Shown: positions 28,931-38,309 of the stretch, in pieces | Numbering within the stretch: the first letter of the stretch is position 1 | Layout: every line of letters begins with the position of its first letter | Assembly (NCBI GenBank): GCA_045862955.1 | Contig: BTVI01000012.1 | Location: forward strand, 18,453-82,452 | Length of the DNA: 64,000 nt | Direction of reading: 5' to 3' | DNA from: Fimbriimonadales bacterium | Lineage (GTDB): Bacteria; Armatimonadota; Fimbriimonadia; Fimbriimonadales; JABRVX01 | Made by a program: the position numbers and the translations under genes | The notes under the pieces: model-generated | The model's input: only the letters and a program-made list of their open reading frames with translations | Database searches by the model: none | Told to the model about the DNA's origin: nothing

Positions 28931-30043
28931 ATGAACCGAGCGATCATCTTTGCGCTTCTCGGATGCCTGGCCCAGTCGGCGAGTGCCGTCAACGTGGGCA
29001 TTTTCGACAACTCCCGCCTCTTGGGCACGTCCTGGAACATCGCGACCGCCGGCCAGCTCTCGCAGTTTCGTGCAGAGTGGGAGAGCCGCGGCGCGGTCTG
29101 GCAACAGACCTCCGCGCTAACTCCCACTTTTCTCGAGGGCGTCCAGGTGTTCGTCACCAGCAAGATCAGCACGCAGACCCTCGGCTCCGCCGAGAAGACC
29201 GCGCTGGTGAACTGGGTTCAGGCGGGCGGCACGCTGGTCGTGACGGCCGAGTGCAACTGCTACAACAATCAGACGGCTTACAACAGCATGTTGGCCCTAT
29301 TCGGCTTCGTGCTCAGCGGCACGATTCCGGAGGCTTATGGGAGCGTTGTCGCTTCGCACCCCATTACGCAGGGGTTGAGTTCGCCGTATATCGGCCAGAA
29401 CGGGTATCTCGTTCTTCCCGACGGGGCTCAACGGCTGATCGTGGATCAAATGGGAAACGACTGCGCTGCAGTCCTAGAGGGTAGCCCGATCGTGGGTCTC
29501 GGGCGCGTGTTCGTAATCGGCGACTGCGACATGTTTATCGATTTCTTCCTCACGTTGGAAGAGCAGAATGTGAAGCTGGTAAGGAATCTTGCCAACTGGG
29601 CCATGAACCCCACGGTCAGGCTCACGGGAACGATATCCTTGGCAGACTACGTCGGCGTCATGACCGGCATGCCCGTTACGCTGGACGTGTACGAAGACGG
29701 TGTGTTGGTGTCCTCGCTCTTTACATGGATCGAGGACGAAGCCGGCACGTACACCTTCGAGCTGCCTGGAACAGGGACCTACACCTTGCGCTGCAAGGCC
29801 TGGCACTGGCTGAGCGTGCTGAGGACCGGCGTGACGATAACGGGCGCGACCACCATGAATTGGCACTTCCCGTACAACGGTGACGTGTGGAACGACAACA
29901 CGATTGACCTCGCGGACCTCAACATGGTGCTAGTTGACTTCGCGAAAAGCGGGTTCAACTTGGCCGATGCCAATGGCAACGACCTGGTGGACCTGCTCGA
30001 CCTCAATATCGTGCTGCTCAACTTCGCCCGCGTGGGTCAATAG
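28931..30043 (+). CDS. Secreted protein: class I GATase-like (DUF4350-like) domain + Ig-like domain + dockerin-like C-terminus; CxC motif
   Basis: Signal peptide; E..AL.NWVQAGGTLVVTAECNC, HPITQG, GRVFVIGD; paired GDVxNDNxID/DANGNDLVDLLDL repeats. Confidence 0.85.
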   Translation: MNRAIIFALLGCLAQSASAVNVGIFDNSRLLGTSWNIATAGQLSQFRAEWESRGAVWQQTSALTPTFLEGVQVFVTSKISTQTLGSAEKTALVNWVQAGGTLVVTAECNCYNNQTAYNSMLALFGFVLSGTIPEAYGSVVASHPITQGLSSPYIGQNGYLVLPDGAQRLIVDQMGNDCAAVLEGSPIVGLGRVFVIGDCDMFIDFFLTLEEQNVKLVRNLANWAMNPTVRLTGTISLADYVGVMTGMPVTLDVYEDGVLVSSLFTWIEDEAGTYTFELPGTGTYTLRCKAWHWLSVLRTGVTITGATTMNWHFPYNGDVWNDNTIDLADLNMVLVDFAKSGFNLADANGNDLVDLLDLNIVLLNFARVGQ

Positions 30044-30046
30044 CCG

Positions 30047-30086
30047 TTCTTCGTGGCTGCGCGGCCGAGGCCGCGCAGCCACAGAA
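30047..30086 (+). terminator. Strong hairpin after the first paralog
   Basis: GTGGCTGCGCGGCC-GA-GGCCGCGCAGCCAC perfect inverted repeat. Confidence 0.55.
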
Positions 30087-30386
30087 GTATCACGATCGCA
30101 TCCCCACGTCCGCTTCCTCAGAGCGAGCGCATCACGGGAATGCGCGACCTGGGATTGCACTACGATGACCTATTTGCGTTCTCCGCGGATCTCTGCGAGC
30201 CCCGCGTGAGATCCCATCGTGGCAACGGGCCGCACCACAGAGGCGGCAGGGTATAGCCGGGGGGTTGTCGCGCGGAGATCGCAAAGAGCTCGCCGAGTTC
30301 GCAGTAGCGTGCCCAAGTGGTACGAGATATCTTCGATCGTCCTCGGCCCGTCACCAACTCCGCTCTAGAGGATGCGCGAGCGCGTA

Positions 30387-30435
30387 CTCCCTCCCCTTGG
30401 AACGCAGTGGAAGGGGGAGGGCCGGGGTGGGGGTC
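30387..30435 (+). repeat. REP-like palindrome
   Basis: CTCCCTCCCCTT...AAGGGGGAGGGCCGGGGTGGGGGTC has the same design as the CCCTCTCCCC..GGGGAGAGGGTTGGGGTGAGGGG units at 23100 and 23585. Confidence 0.6.
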
Positions 30436-30748
30436 AGGCTCGATGCCTCGACGTTTCTGCTGCTGAACATACCGAACCCTCCGCCGAGCACCGACCCGAG
30501 CAGCCGAGACGTCGAGGCTCTCATGCCCCACCCCTCTGCCGACGGCACGCCCACGGAGTGTGTGCCGAGGCATCATGCATCCGTCCCCCGCCAGCTCGCC
30601 CTCGCTATCCAGACATTCCTGCGTTATAATGTCCAAACCTACCGGCTAGTCGAGTGACCGGCTGTCGTAATGGGCAGCACCTACCCGATGAAGCGACCCG
30701 TAGCGAGCCGTCACATTGATTACGCGCCGGCGACAAGGAGAGAGGCCT

Positions 30749-31855
30749 ATGAAGCGCATCGCGGCTGCGTTGGCGCTATGCGTCGGCGGAGCCTCCTGGG
30801 CCGCGGACGTCGGCATCTTCGCCGACAGCCTGCTCATCAGCTACGTGTACAACATGGAAACCGGGTCGTACATGTCCGGCGTGCGTGCTCTTTGGGACGC
30901 GAGGGGCGTCACGTGGCGGCAGACCACGGTGCTGTCCGAGGAGTTCCTGAGCTCCGTTGACGTCTTGTACTTATCTCACTTCAAGGGCCCGTCGATCACC
31001 GGACCGGAGCAGGCCGCACTGTTCCAGTGGGTACGCGACGGCGGCACCCTGATCTTCTTCGGGGACTGCGGGTGAGGCATTGATCAGTCCGTACTGAACT
31101 CCGTTGTGGGCACGTTCGGTGTGAGTATCTGGAGTTCGACGACGTACGGCTGGGGTCAGGTCGTGACCCCGCACGCAATCAACCAAGGCGTTACGCGGAT
31201 GTATGTCCCGAAAAACGGAGTGGTCACCGCTCCGGCTTCCGCCGTCACCCTCTTCAACGATCCCTATAACACCAAAGACTGCATCGTGATGGAGCAGACC
31301 CTGGAAACGGGCAATGGGCGAGTGTTGGTATTCGGCGACTGGGACGGCTTCACGCAAACCTACTTCCCGAACTACGCCGAGAACCAGACGGTGGCCGCGA
31401 ACATCGCAGATTGGGCGCTCCGCACGGCCACGATCTCGGGCTACGTCCAGCTATCGGGATACGCCGGCTCGACTGCAGGCAAGCCCGTCCGGTTAGACCT
31501 CTATCGCGAAGGGCGCCTGGTCAAATCGGTGGCAACGGTGCTCGGGGCATCGGGCGAATACAGCGTGTCGGTATATCGCTCTGGCACGTACGACTTGGTG
31601 CTGAAGCCAGAGGGGTACCTCTCGGTGAAGCAAGTGGGCATCCCGCTGACATACGGCTACAACACGGTGGACTGGCAGGTGCCATACATCGGCGACGTCA
31701 ACGGGGACAACGCCGTGGACATCCGCGACGTGAACCCTATCCTGATCCACTTCGGAGCTCCGGGCCCACACCCGTGCGACGTGAACGGGGACGGTACGGT
31801 CGGGGTGGACGACATGGCCGCGGCTCTCGTGAACTTCGGCCGTTTCGGGCAGTAG
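30749..31855 (+). CDS. Secreted paralog of 28931-30043 with one in-frame TGA (31073-31075): candidate selenoprotein (CxU), alternatively a nonsense pseudogene
   Basis: ORFs 30716-31075 and 31106-31855 share a frame with no other stop. Read-through gives 368 aa versus 370 aa for the paralog. GGTLIFFGDCG* aligns to GGTLVVTAECNC. Confidence 0.75.
31090..31123 (+). promoter_or_regulatory. Candidate bacterial SECIS hairpin
   Basis: CGTACTGAAC/GTTCGGTGTG lower stem, TCC/GGG upper stem and a GTTGT apical loop starting 27 nt after the TGA (folded by eye). Confidence 0.45.
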
Positions 31856-31872
31856 GCTCTTTCCGGAGATGC

Positions 31873-31903
31873 AGCCCCCCGAACCTAGGCTCGGGGGGCT
31901 TTC
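31873..31903 (+). terminator. Rho-independent terminator
   Basis: AGCCCCCCGA...TCGGGGGGCT followed by TTCATT. Confidence 0.65.
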
Positions 31904-32117
31904 ATTATGCTGTGGCAGCCACGAGGGACGCCCGAACTTTCGGCGTCTCGAGGATACACATGCGGTCCGGCGAGACGCCGGTGTTACTCCGCACAGGCGC
32001 CGACCGCCATGGCTAGCACAGTCCGTCGACGATCTCCGGCCTCCCCGCCGACGTCGGAGTTGTTTAGCATGTATAATAATCAGGGCCTAGCGCCCAGATA
32101 TCTGAAGAGGTGTCCCG

Positions 32118-32876
32118 TTGCAGACCGTTTCCGTCAACCCGACCGCAATCACGCAGGCCGATGTGGACCTTTACCGCCAGCAGGGCTACATCCGCTTCGG
32201 ACGCATACTCACCGACGACGAGCTCGCAGCCGCGCGTGAACACGTGGACTGGCTGATGGCCAATCTGAAGGAAGACGAGTGGCCGGAACGCATGAACGGA
32301 ATCCACAACGAAGACGAGAAGATGTATGCCCTCTGCACCAACCCTCGCCTTCTGGATGCCGTCGAGAAGTTCATCGGCCCGAACATCGTGTTGTTCTCCA
32401 GCCACCTTTTGTGCAAGCCCGAGCGCGAGGGGCACGCTGTCCCGTGGCATCAGGACGGCATCTTCTGGCCGCTGGAGCCCATGGAAATCCTGACTGTGTG
32501 GCTCGCGCTCGACGATGCAGGACCAGAGAACGGCTGCATGAGGGTCATTCCCGGCACGCACACCCGTGGGCCCATCGAGCACGTGCCGCAGGACACCGGC
32601 ACCCAGGTGCTGCACCTAGGCCTACCGATGAGCGAAGTGGACGAGAGCAAGGCGGTAGACATCGAGCTGAAAATGGGCGAGTTTTCCATACACGAGCCAT
32701 GGCTGATCCACGGCTCGAACGTGAACCGCTCGAACAAGCGCCGCGCCGGCTACACGATGCGCTTTATGCCGGCCACCACCAAGCTGACGCGCACGCCGGG
32801 CTTCTACGAGACGCTCAAGATGTATCTCGTCCGCGGCAAACCGGTCCCCGGCATCAACGACTACGCGAACGTGTAG
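32118..32876 (+). CDS. Phytanoyl-CoA dioxygenase (PhyH) family protein
   Basis: PWHQD, VWLALDDA..ENGCMRVIPGTH, IHGS..N.S.KRR. Confidence 0.92.
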   Translation: MQTVSVNPTAITQADVDLYRQQGYIRFGRILTDDELAAAREHVDWLMANLKEDEWPERMNGIHNEDEKMYALCTNPRLLDAVEKFIGPNIVLFSSHLLCKPEREGHAVPWHQDGIFWPLEPMEILTVWLALDDAGPENGCMRVIPGTHTRGPIEHVPQDTGTQVLHLGLPMSEVDESKAVDIELKMGEFSIHEPWLIHGSNVNRSNKRRAGYTMRFMPATTKLTRTPGFYETLKMYLVRGKPVPGINDYANV

Positions 32877-32888
32877 GCCGCGACCCTA

Positions 32889-32978
32889 TGCATGCCTCCA
32901 TCCGCCTTCGGATGGAGGCTCGGGACCCTTGGTACTTCCTGCATGCCTCCATCCGCCCTCGGATGGAGGCTCGGGTCC
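32889..32978 (+). repeat. Two REP palindromes flanking the RAYT 3' end
   Basis: GCATGCCTCCATCCGCC(T/C)TCGGATGGAGGCTCGGG x2. Confidence 0.9.
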
Positions 32979-33005
32979 CTTCCTGTACTTCAGCAGAGGG
33001 GAAGT

Positions 33006-33605
33006 TCAGGGCATCACACTTACACTGCCGCCCTTTATCACCAGCAACTCAGGCGAGCAATAGTAGCGGACGAGTTCAGGGTCGAGATGCAGACCCCGCT
33101 CCTCGGACCAGACACCCTGATCGTAGAGAAAAGCACTGGACCACCGATACTCGCTCTGCAAAGCTACGAGCCCTGCGCGAACGGGGTTGTTGTGGATGTA
33201 GTCGGCCTTCTGCCGAAACAGCGAGTCTCGGTTGATGGGGAACGAGCGATAGCTCCTGTCCCACAAGACTCGCTCATTGCTCCCCGACTGCCTACCAAGC
33301 TCCTCCAGGACCTCTGCGGACAGCGCGCTGAGCAGCCTCTTGGCTGCATTGGATTTCAGCCGAGCCATGAGCCAGGCGATGGACCGTCCCGTCGGCACTC
33401 GAAGAATGGCGTGCCAGTGCGACGATAGCACGACGTAGGCGTCCAGGATTGCCCCATAGTGTAGGCAGTCATGAATCAGGCTGGCAGTCATGATGTCGCG
33501 TGCTATGGTGGTACGAAGCGCGTGCACGCGATTCAGGCACGTGCTGGTGACGAACGTGCATGCGCCTTCTGGCCCCCAATTCCTGTAGTGGTGATCGCAG
33601 GGCAT
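33006..33605 (-). mobile_element. REP-associated tyrosine transposase (RAYT, IS200-like Y1 HUH)
   Basis: FVTSTC, AYVVLSSHWH (HUH), LKS..A, LWDRSY, YIHNNPVRAGLV...YRWSSA; REP arrays on both sides. Confidence 0.9.
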
Positions 33606-33699
33606 CCCAAGGTCGTTCTCTGGTTGTCCGATGGCTTCCTGTCCAACTACTGAAACTGCCTCGGCCGTGGGTAGGACCCTCCCCTCCTTACAGCTCTCC

Positions 33700-34655
33700 A
33701 TCTCTCCACCCGAGGGCGGGTGGAGAGATGGGATGATCGCGGGTGGAGAGATGGCAGCCCCTGCATGCCTCCATCCGCCCTCGGATGGAGGCTCGGGACC
33801 CTTGGTACTTCCTGCATGCCTCCATCCGCCTTCGGATGGAGGCTTCGTGCTACCAGGTAGGAGATGCCGACCTGCGCGACCGTGCATGACCAGACCGCGC
33901 CCCCTCTCCACCCGAGGGCGGGTGGAGAGATGGCAGCCCCTGCATGCCTCCATCCGCCGTCGGCTGGAGGCTTCGTGCTACCAGGTAGGAGATGCCAACC
34001 TGCGCGAACGTGCATGACCAGACCGCGTTTCCTCTCCACCCGAGGACGGGTGGAGAGATGGGGGTTTCCCCATGCCTCCATCCGCCTTCGGATGGAGGCT
34101 TCGCGCTCTCTGGTGGGGAGATGCCAACCTGCGCGAGCGTGCATGACCAGACCCCGTTTCCTCTCCACCCGAGGGCGGGTGGAGAGATGGCGGTTTCCCC
34201 ATGCCTCCATCCGCCCTCGGATGGAGGCTTCGTGCTCTCTGGTGGGGAGATGCCAACCTGCGCGAGCGTGCATGACCGGACCCCGTTTCCTCTCCACCCG
34301 AGGGCGGGTGGAGAGATGGGAAGCGTGCATGACCAGACCCCGTTTCCTCTCCACCCGAGGGCGGGTGGAGAGGTGGGATGCGTGCATGACCAGACCGCGT
34401 TTCCTCTCCACCCGAGGGCGGGTGGAGAGATGGGATGCATGACCGACCGATTCCTCTCCACCCGAGGGCGGGTGGAGAGATGGGATGCATGACCACACCG
34501 ATTCCTCTCCACCCGAGGGCGGGTGGAGAGATGGGATGAGCGTCCTGCCAGACCGCGCCCCCTCTCCACCCGAGGGCGGGTGGAGAGATGGGATGAGCGT
34601 GCATGACCAGGCCGCGCCCTCTCTCCACCCGAGGGCGGGTGGAGAGATGGGACAA
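33700..34655 (+). repeat. REP/BIME array with two palindrome types
   Basis: About 11 copies of CTCTCCACCCGAGGGCGGGTGGAGAG interleaved with 5 copies of GCCTCCATCCGCCYTCGGATGGAGGC. Confidence 0.93.
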
Positions 34656-34674
34656 GCATCCATAAGTGGCGCCC

Positions 34675-36390
34675 CTACTCTGGCCCCATGCGGTCGAGGG
34701 AGAGCCAGATGCGGAGAGCCATCGCGATGGCTCCCACGAACACCCCGAACGAAATACCTCGTTGCACCGCCGAGTTCGCGAGGTCCAGATACCACTGCCT
34801 GATGGATGCCATCCCCCACGACTCCTCGAGCCCTGGCGGAAGCCAGGACGTAAGCAAGTCGCCTATGGGCACTTGAGCAAGCATGATGATGGTAGCCGAG
34901 ATGGCGAGCACCGTGGCGTCCCGTCCGCGGATGCGGAATGCGCGGTACGCCGCAGAGACGAGGAACGCGGCCAGCAGAGAAAACATCGTGGAACCCAGCG
35001 GTACCTGCAACTTCGCCCAAAGTAAGTCGTACCACCGCTCCACGGCCGCCCGGTAAGCGGGGTCCACTGCCTCGGTGCCGTTCACGGGGGGCAGCAGCTT
35101 GTACATGATCACTACCACGCACATGGCTACCATAGAAACTAGGAAGGCAATCGAATCGAACCAACCCTTCTGCTTTCTCCCCAAGCGCACGAGGTGAATG
35201 CGCAGAAGGCCGATGAGTCCGATGCCGACGGAAAACGCGGAGACGATCTGAAGCCACTTCGCAACCGTCTCGAGCTTGAGCGGCATCACGCCCGTGCCTT
35301 GCTTGCCCGGTCCCACCGGCGGACCAGACACGCGCCACGCCGAGCCGCCGTCGCCTTCATACACAGCGAGCGACTGGCGGTTTTTCTCCCCCAAGTAGGA
35401 AACTAGTAGCCGATAGCCCCCGCCGTCTCGCACGGCGTCTGCCGAAGCATACTCGCGTTCCGAAGGCGCGGCGGGCAGGGTGAGTGGCGTCCCCACCTGC
35501 GCTCCCGGCTCCAACACCATCAGCTTGTGGTCGCCGACGATCAACAGGCGCCACCCGCCGTTTGCGGCCACTGCGGATACGGAGCCGATGTTCACGAACT
35601 CGTCGGGCCATGGGAGAGGCTGTTGCGACAGCGTCCACCGACGGCCATCTGGGCTAGTAGCGGTCCCGATGCGGTCATACTCGGCGCCGACACCCACGAA
35701 CCACATGCGATACCCGTCGCCGTCTCGGCGGACGCACACGCCGTTGATACCCTTTGCGACCCAGCGGGTCTCGCGGCGCAGAGCGGCCACCTTCTCTTCG
35801 TAGGCCGATTTCAGCTTGGCCAGATCGTCGGCGACTTGCTCGCGCGTGCGCCCGTCTCGTGCCAGAAGAGCAGTCCGCTCTCGATCCATCTCCCGATCCA
35901 AGGCTTTGAGTCGGGCGTCCAAATCCAGGGGGTCCTCGATGACTTTCACTGGAGCGGACCAGTGTTTGCCGTCTCGGCTCTCCGTGTACAGCACTCCCGG
36001 CTTCCGCTCTTTATAGTCCAGGCCGATGTACCACATGCGCAGCAGCCCGTCTTCCTCCAAGATCGAAGGGCTCTTGCTTCCGAAGTAGTCCACCCGACGG
36101 AAGGGCGAAGGAGCCAGCACGACCTCGCGCTTGGTCGGGTCGTCGAGAGGGAAGCGCGTGATGCGGTATTGCATCAGTTTCTCGTCTGGGGTGTCATCGG
36201 CCTTCTTCGGGCCGGAGAGCGCCGAGTAGTAGACCGTCCAGGCGCCGTCTCGATACACCGCTGTCGCCGAGCCGATGCCATTCCTATCGAAGGCGCCGCC
36301 GATCTCGGCGGGAAGCATGAACTCCAGGATGTAGTACAGCCCGAAGAGGAACGTGAGGCTGACGATGAGCCACTTCTTCCAACGACTCAT
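34675..36390 (-). CDS. Membrane protein with an extracytoplasmic glycosidase-like beta-propeller and a multi-TM C-terminus
   Basis: N-terminal TM; LRMWY.G, ESRDGKHW, YRMWF.G, IGTATSPDGRRW repeats; C-terminal MFSLLAAFLVSAAYRAFRIR. Confidence 0.75.
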   Translation of the reverse strand: MSRWKKWLIVSLTFLFGLYYILEFMLPAEIGGAFDRNGIGSATAVYRDGAWTVYYSALSGPKKADDTPDEKLMQYRITRFPLDDPTKREVVLAPSPFRRVDYFGSKSPSILEEDGLLRMWYIGLDYKERKPGVLYTESRDGKHWSAPVKVIEDPLDLDARLKALDREMDRERTALLARDGRTREQVADDLAKLKSAYEEKVAALRRETRWVAKGINGVCVRRDGDGYRMWFVGVGAEYDRIGTATSPDGRRWTLSQQPLPWPDEFVNIGSVSAVAANGGWRLLIVGDHKLMVLEPGAQVGTPLTLPAAPSEREYASADAVRDGGGYRLLVSYLGEKNRQSLAVYEGDGGSAWRVSGPPVGPGKQGTGVMPLKLETVAKWLQIVSAFSVGIGLIGLLRIHLVRLGRKQKGWFDSIAFLVSMVAMCVVVIMYKLLPPVNGTEAVDPAYRAAVERWYDLLWAKLQVPLGSTMFSLLAAFLVSAAYRAFRIRGRDATVLAISATIIMLAQVPIGDLLTSWLPPGLEESWGMASIRQWYLDLANSAVQRGISFGVFVGAIAMALRIWLSLDRMGPE

Positions 36391-37175
36391 TGTCCGAGCA
36401 ACCCGAGTACCCAGGAGAAATCAGGTGACTGCCCACGCAAGACGGCTACCATAGCGGCTGCGGCGCCGACCAAGATCAGCAGGCAAACGGCGAGCTTGCC
36501 GATGTCTTGTCCGCTGATGCTGCCGAGTTGCGTCGGCTCACGGCCCAGGTAGGCGCTCGCGGCGAATAGCTCTTCGCCGATGAGGGTGTAGTCGCAGGCG
36601 CACAGGAAGAAGGGAATCTGGAAGGCGTCGTTGGTAGCGGCGACCTGGATGGCGCCCACGCGTTGTCCCGTCTCGGCGAGCAGCAGCGACTCGAAGCCGA
36701 AGGACCCGAAGTAGAAAACGCCGGCGATGCGGTCGCGCTCGATGATGCCCGCGGCAGCCGCCGCGAACGCACTCTGGCTGTCCGAGAGGAAGCGCACGTC
36801 GTTCGGGTCGAAGACGTCCAGCCTATCTTCTGCCCGGCACACCTCTTGATACATGTCGCGCGCCACTGGGAGCACGACTGCCGAAAGGATTGGCACGATC
36901 ATTCGCACACCGAAGCGTGCGCACTGCCGCCCGACGTACTGCATCACCTGCAGGCCGGCGGGGGTGGCCATGTTGTTGAAGTCCGCGATGCCCGGGACGA
37001 ACATCACGGAGCGGCCCATCTCTGTGGCTCGTCCGACGGCCTCCTCCAGCGCGTCTATGCCCCGGATTCGGCGGATGAAGAGCTGCGCGCCGCGCCGGGC
37101 GGCCAGGATTCGGCCCAACACTGCGAAGGCGAAGAGCGCGAACAGTATGCGGATTGTCCAGCTAGCGTGGTCCAA
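36387..37175 (-). CDS. DUF6754-like membrane protein
   Basis: FIRRI.GIDALEEAVGRATEMGR, ESLLLAETG...GAIQVA, QIPFF...CDYTLIGEELFAASAYL.REP..LGS..GQD. Confidence 0.8.
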   Translation of the reverse strand: MDHASWTIRILFALFAFAVLGRILAARRGAQLFIRRIRGIDALEEAVGRATEMGRSVMFVPGIADFNNMATPAGLQVMQYVGRQCARFGVRMIVPILSAVVLPVARDMYQEVCRAEDRLDVFDPNDVRFLSDSQSAFAAAAAGIIERDRIAGVFYFGSFGFESLLLAETGQRVGAIQVAATNDAFQIPFFLCACDYTLIGEELFAASAYLGREPTQLGSISGQDIGKLAVCLLILVGAAAAMVAVLRGQSPDFSWVLGLLGQ

Positions 37176-37260
37176 GCGGGCTCACCGAGCGAGTCTCATT
37201 CAGCGTCGGCGCGGGGAATCCTTCCGGCGTAGTTCGACCCCGTAATGCTGCCAGGGGCGG

Positions 37261-37887
37261 TTAGTCCACCAGAGTGGCTTCGAGGAAGCGGACGGCGTCG
37301 TCGTTCACTACCCGATGGAACTGAGCGACGTCCTCGACCAGCAGCTCTAACGACACGGGCGCCTGCCCGGAGGCCGAGAGCTTCAGGAAGTATCGAGTCG
37401 CGTTCTGGAAGTAGGGTTCCACGTTCAGGTCGCAGATGTACGGCGGGCGCTCGAAGTTGATGCGAAGGCCCACGCCGCGCAGGCCGTCGAAGCGCGCGCG
37501 CATGTCGTCTTCCGGCAGCGGCGCGAAGCAGTGAACGGACTGTTCGGTTGCCGACCCATCGGCCTCCACGTGCGCCACGATCTGCACCATCGCGGGGAAC
37601 CTATCGTCCAGCAACAGCGCCTCGCGCAGACCGCTTAGCGAGTGCAGCCAATTCGCAGAGTCGAACTGAAGCGATTCGCCGTCGTGGGTGGCGTTCAGCT
37701 GAGCCTCGGCGACGAAGACAGTCTTCCGGTGGGCATGATTGACCAGCAACATGGAGTTTGGCAACGGAGTGGGTTGCGGAACGTACTCCGGGCCGAGGAA
37801 CTCTACGATCCTATGCCTGCGCGCTTCGGTCAGAGGCCCAATCGGCGTGTTCAATACAATCTGGATCTGCTTCGTCTCACCGTACAT
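37261..37887 (-). CDS. Hypothetical protein
   Basis: 208-aa ORF with AGGAGG RBS, co-directional with its neighbours. Confidence 0.7.
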   Translation of the reverse strand: MYGETKQIQIVLNTPIGPLTEARRHRIVEFLGPEYVPQPTPLPNSMLLVNHAHRKTVFVAEAQLNATHDGESLQFDSANWLHSLSGLREALLLDDRFPAMVQIVAHVEADGSATEQSVHCFAPLPEDDMRARFDGLRGVGLRINFERPPYICDLNVEPYFQNATRYFLKLSASGQAPVSLELLVEDVAQFHRVVNDDAVRFLEATLVD

Positions 37888-37917
37888 TTCGCACCCTCCT
37901 TTCCATACGGCAGGCCG

Positions 37918-38265
37918 CTAGTTTCCGTTGTCGGTACCCAAGTCCTCGTCGGGTGAGGGGTCACCATACCGGTCGAGTTCGGTTCCGTGGTACACGCAGG
38001 TCACGAAATCGAGGCGGTCGTACGGGGGTAGCACACACGACACCAACTGGTCATCAATCGTTGCGACCAGTTCCGAGATACGCTCCTCTCCCAAGACGCG
38101 GGTTAGGATGAGCGTCGCATAGCCGGTACCCTGGCCGAAGTGGATGTCCACCTGGCCTATCGGCTCGTCGTCCTCGAAGATCGTGTAACTCTCGGAACTC
38201 AGCGTGCGCACAACGCGCGTGAAGTTGAAGGGAACGGGCTTATCCACACATGCCTCCTCGTCCAT
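37918..38265 (-). CDS. Hypothetical acidic protein
   Basis: 115-aa ORF with a plausible protein sequence (RT..SE.Y, G.VD.HF); start may be the GTG at 38247. Confidence 0.7.
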   Translation of the reverse strand: MDEEACVDKPVPFNFTRVVRTLSSESYTIFEDDEPIGQVDIHFGQGTGYATLILTRVLGEERISELVATIDDQLVSCVLPPYDRLDFVTCVYHGTELDRYGDPSPDEDLGTDNGN

Positions 38266-38309
38266 GATAGCAGGTTTTCGGCTCCCGCGGTTAGCGGTAT
38301 CCTACTGGC

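Noticed and set aside
33700..34655. CRISPR array
   Set aside because: The inter-repeat segments are themselves repeated and variable in length, and the adjacent gene is a RAYT rather than cas
33606..35338. 563-aa and other ORFs, and a 116-aa N-terminal extension of the RAYT
   Set aside because: They read through the REP array or lie out of frame within the membrane-protein gene; RAYT homology begins near 33605
38240..38248. Perfect DnaA box TTATCCACA
   Set aside because: Single copy at the start of a coding region with no cluster; insufficient for oriC
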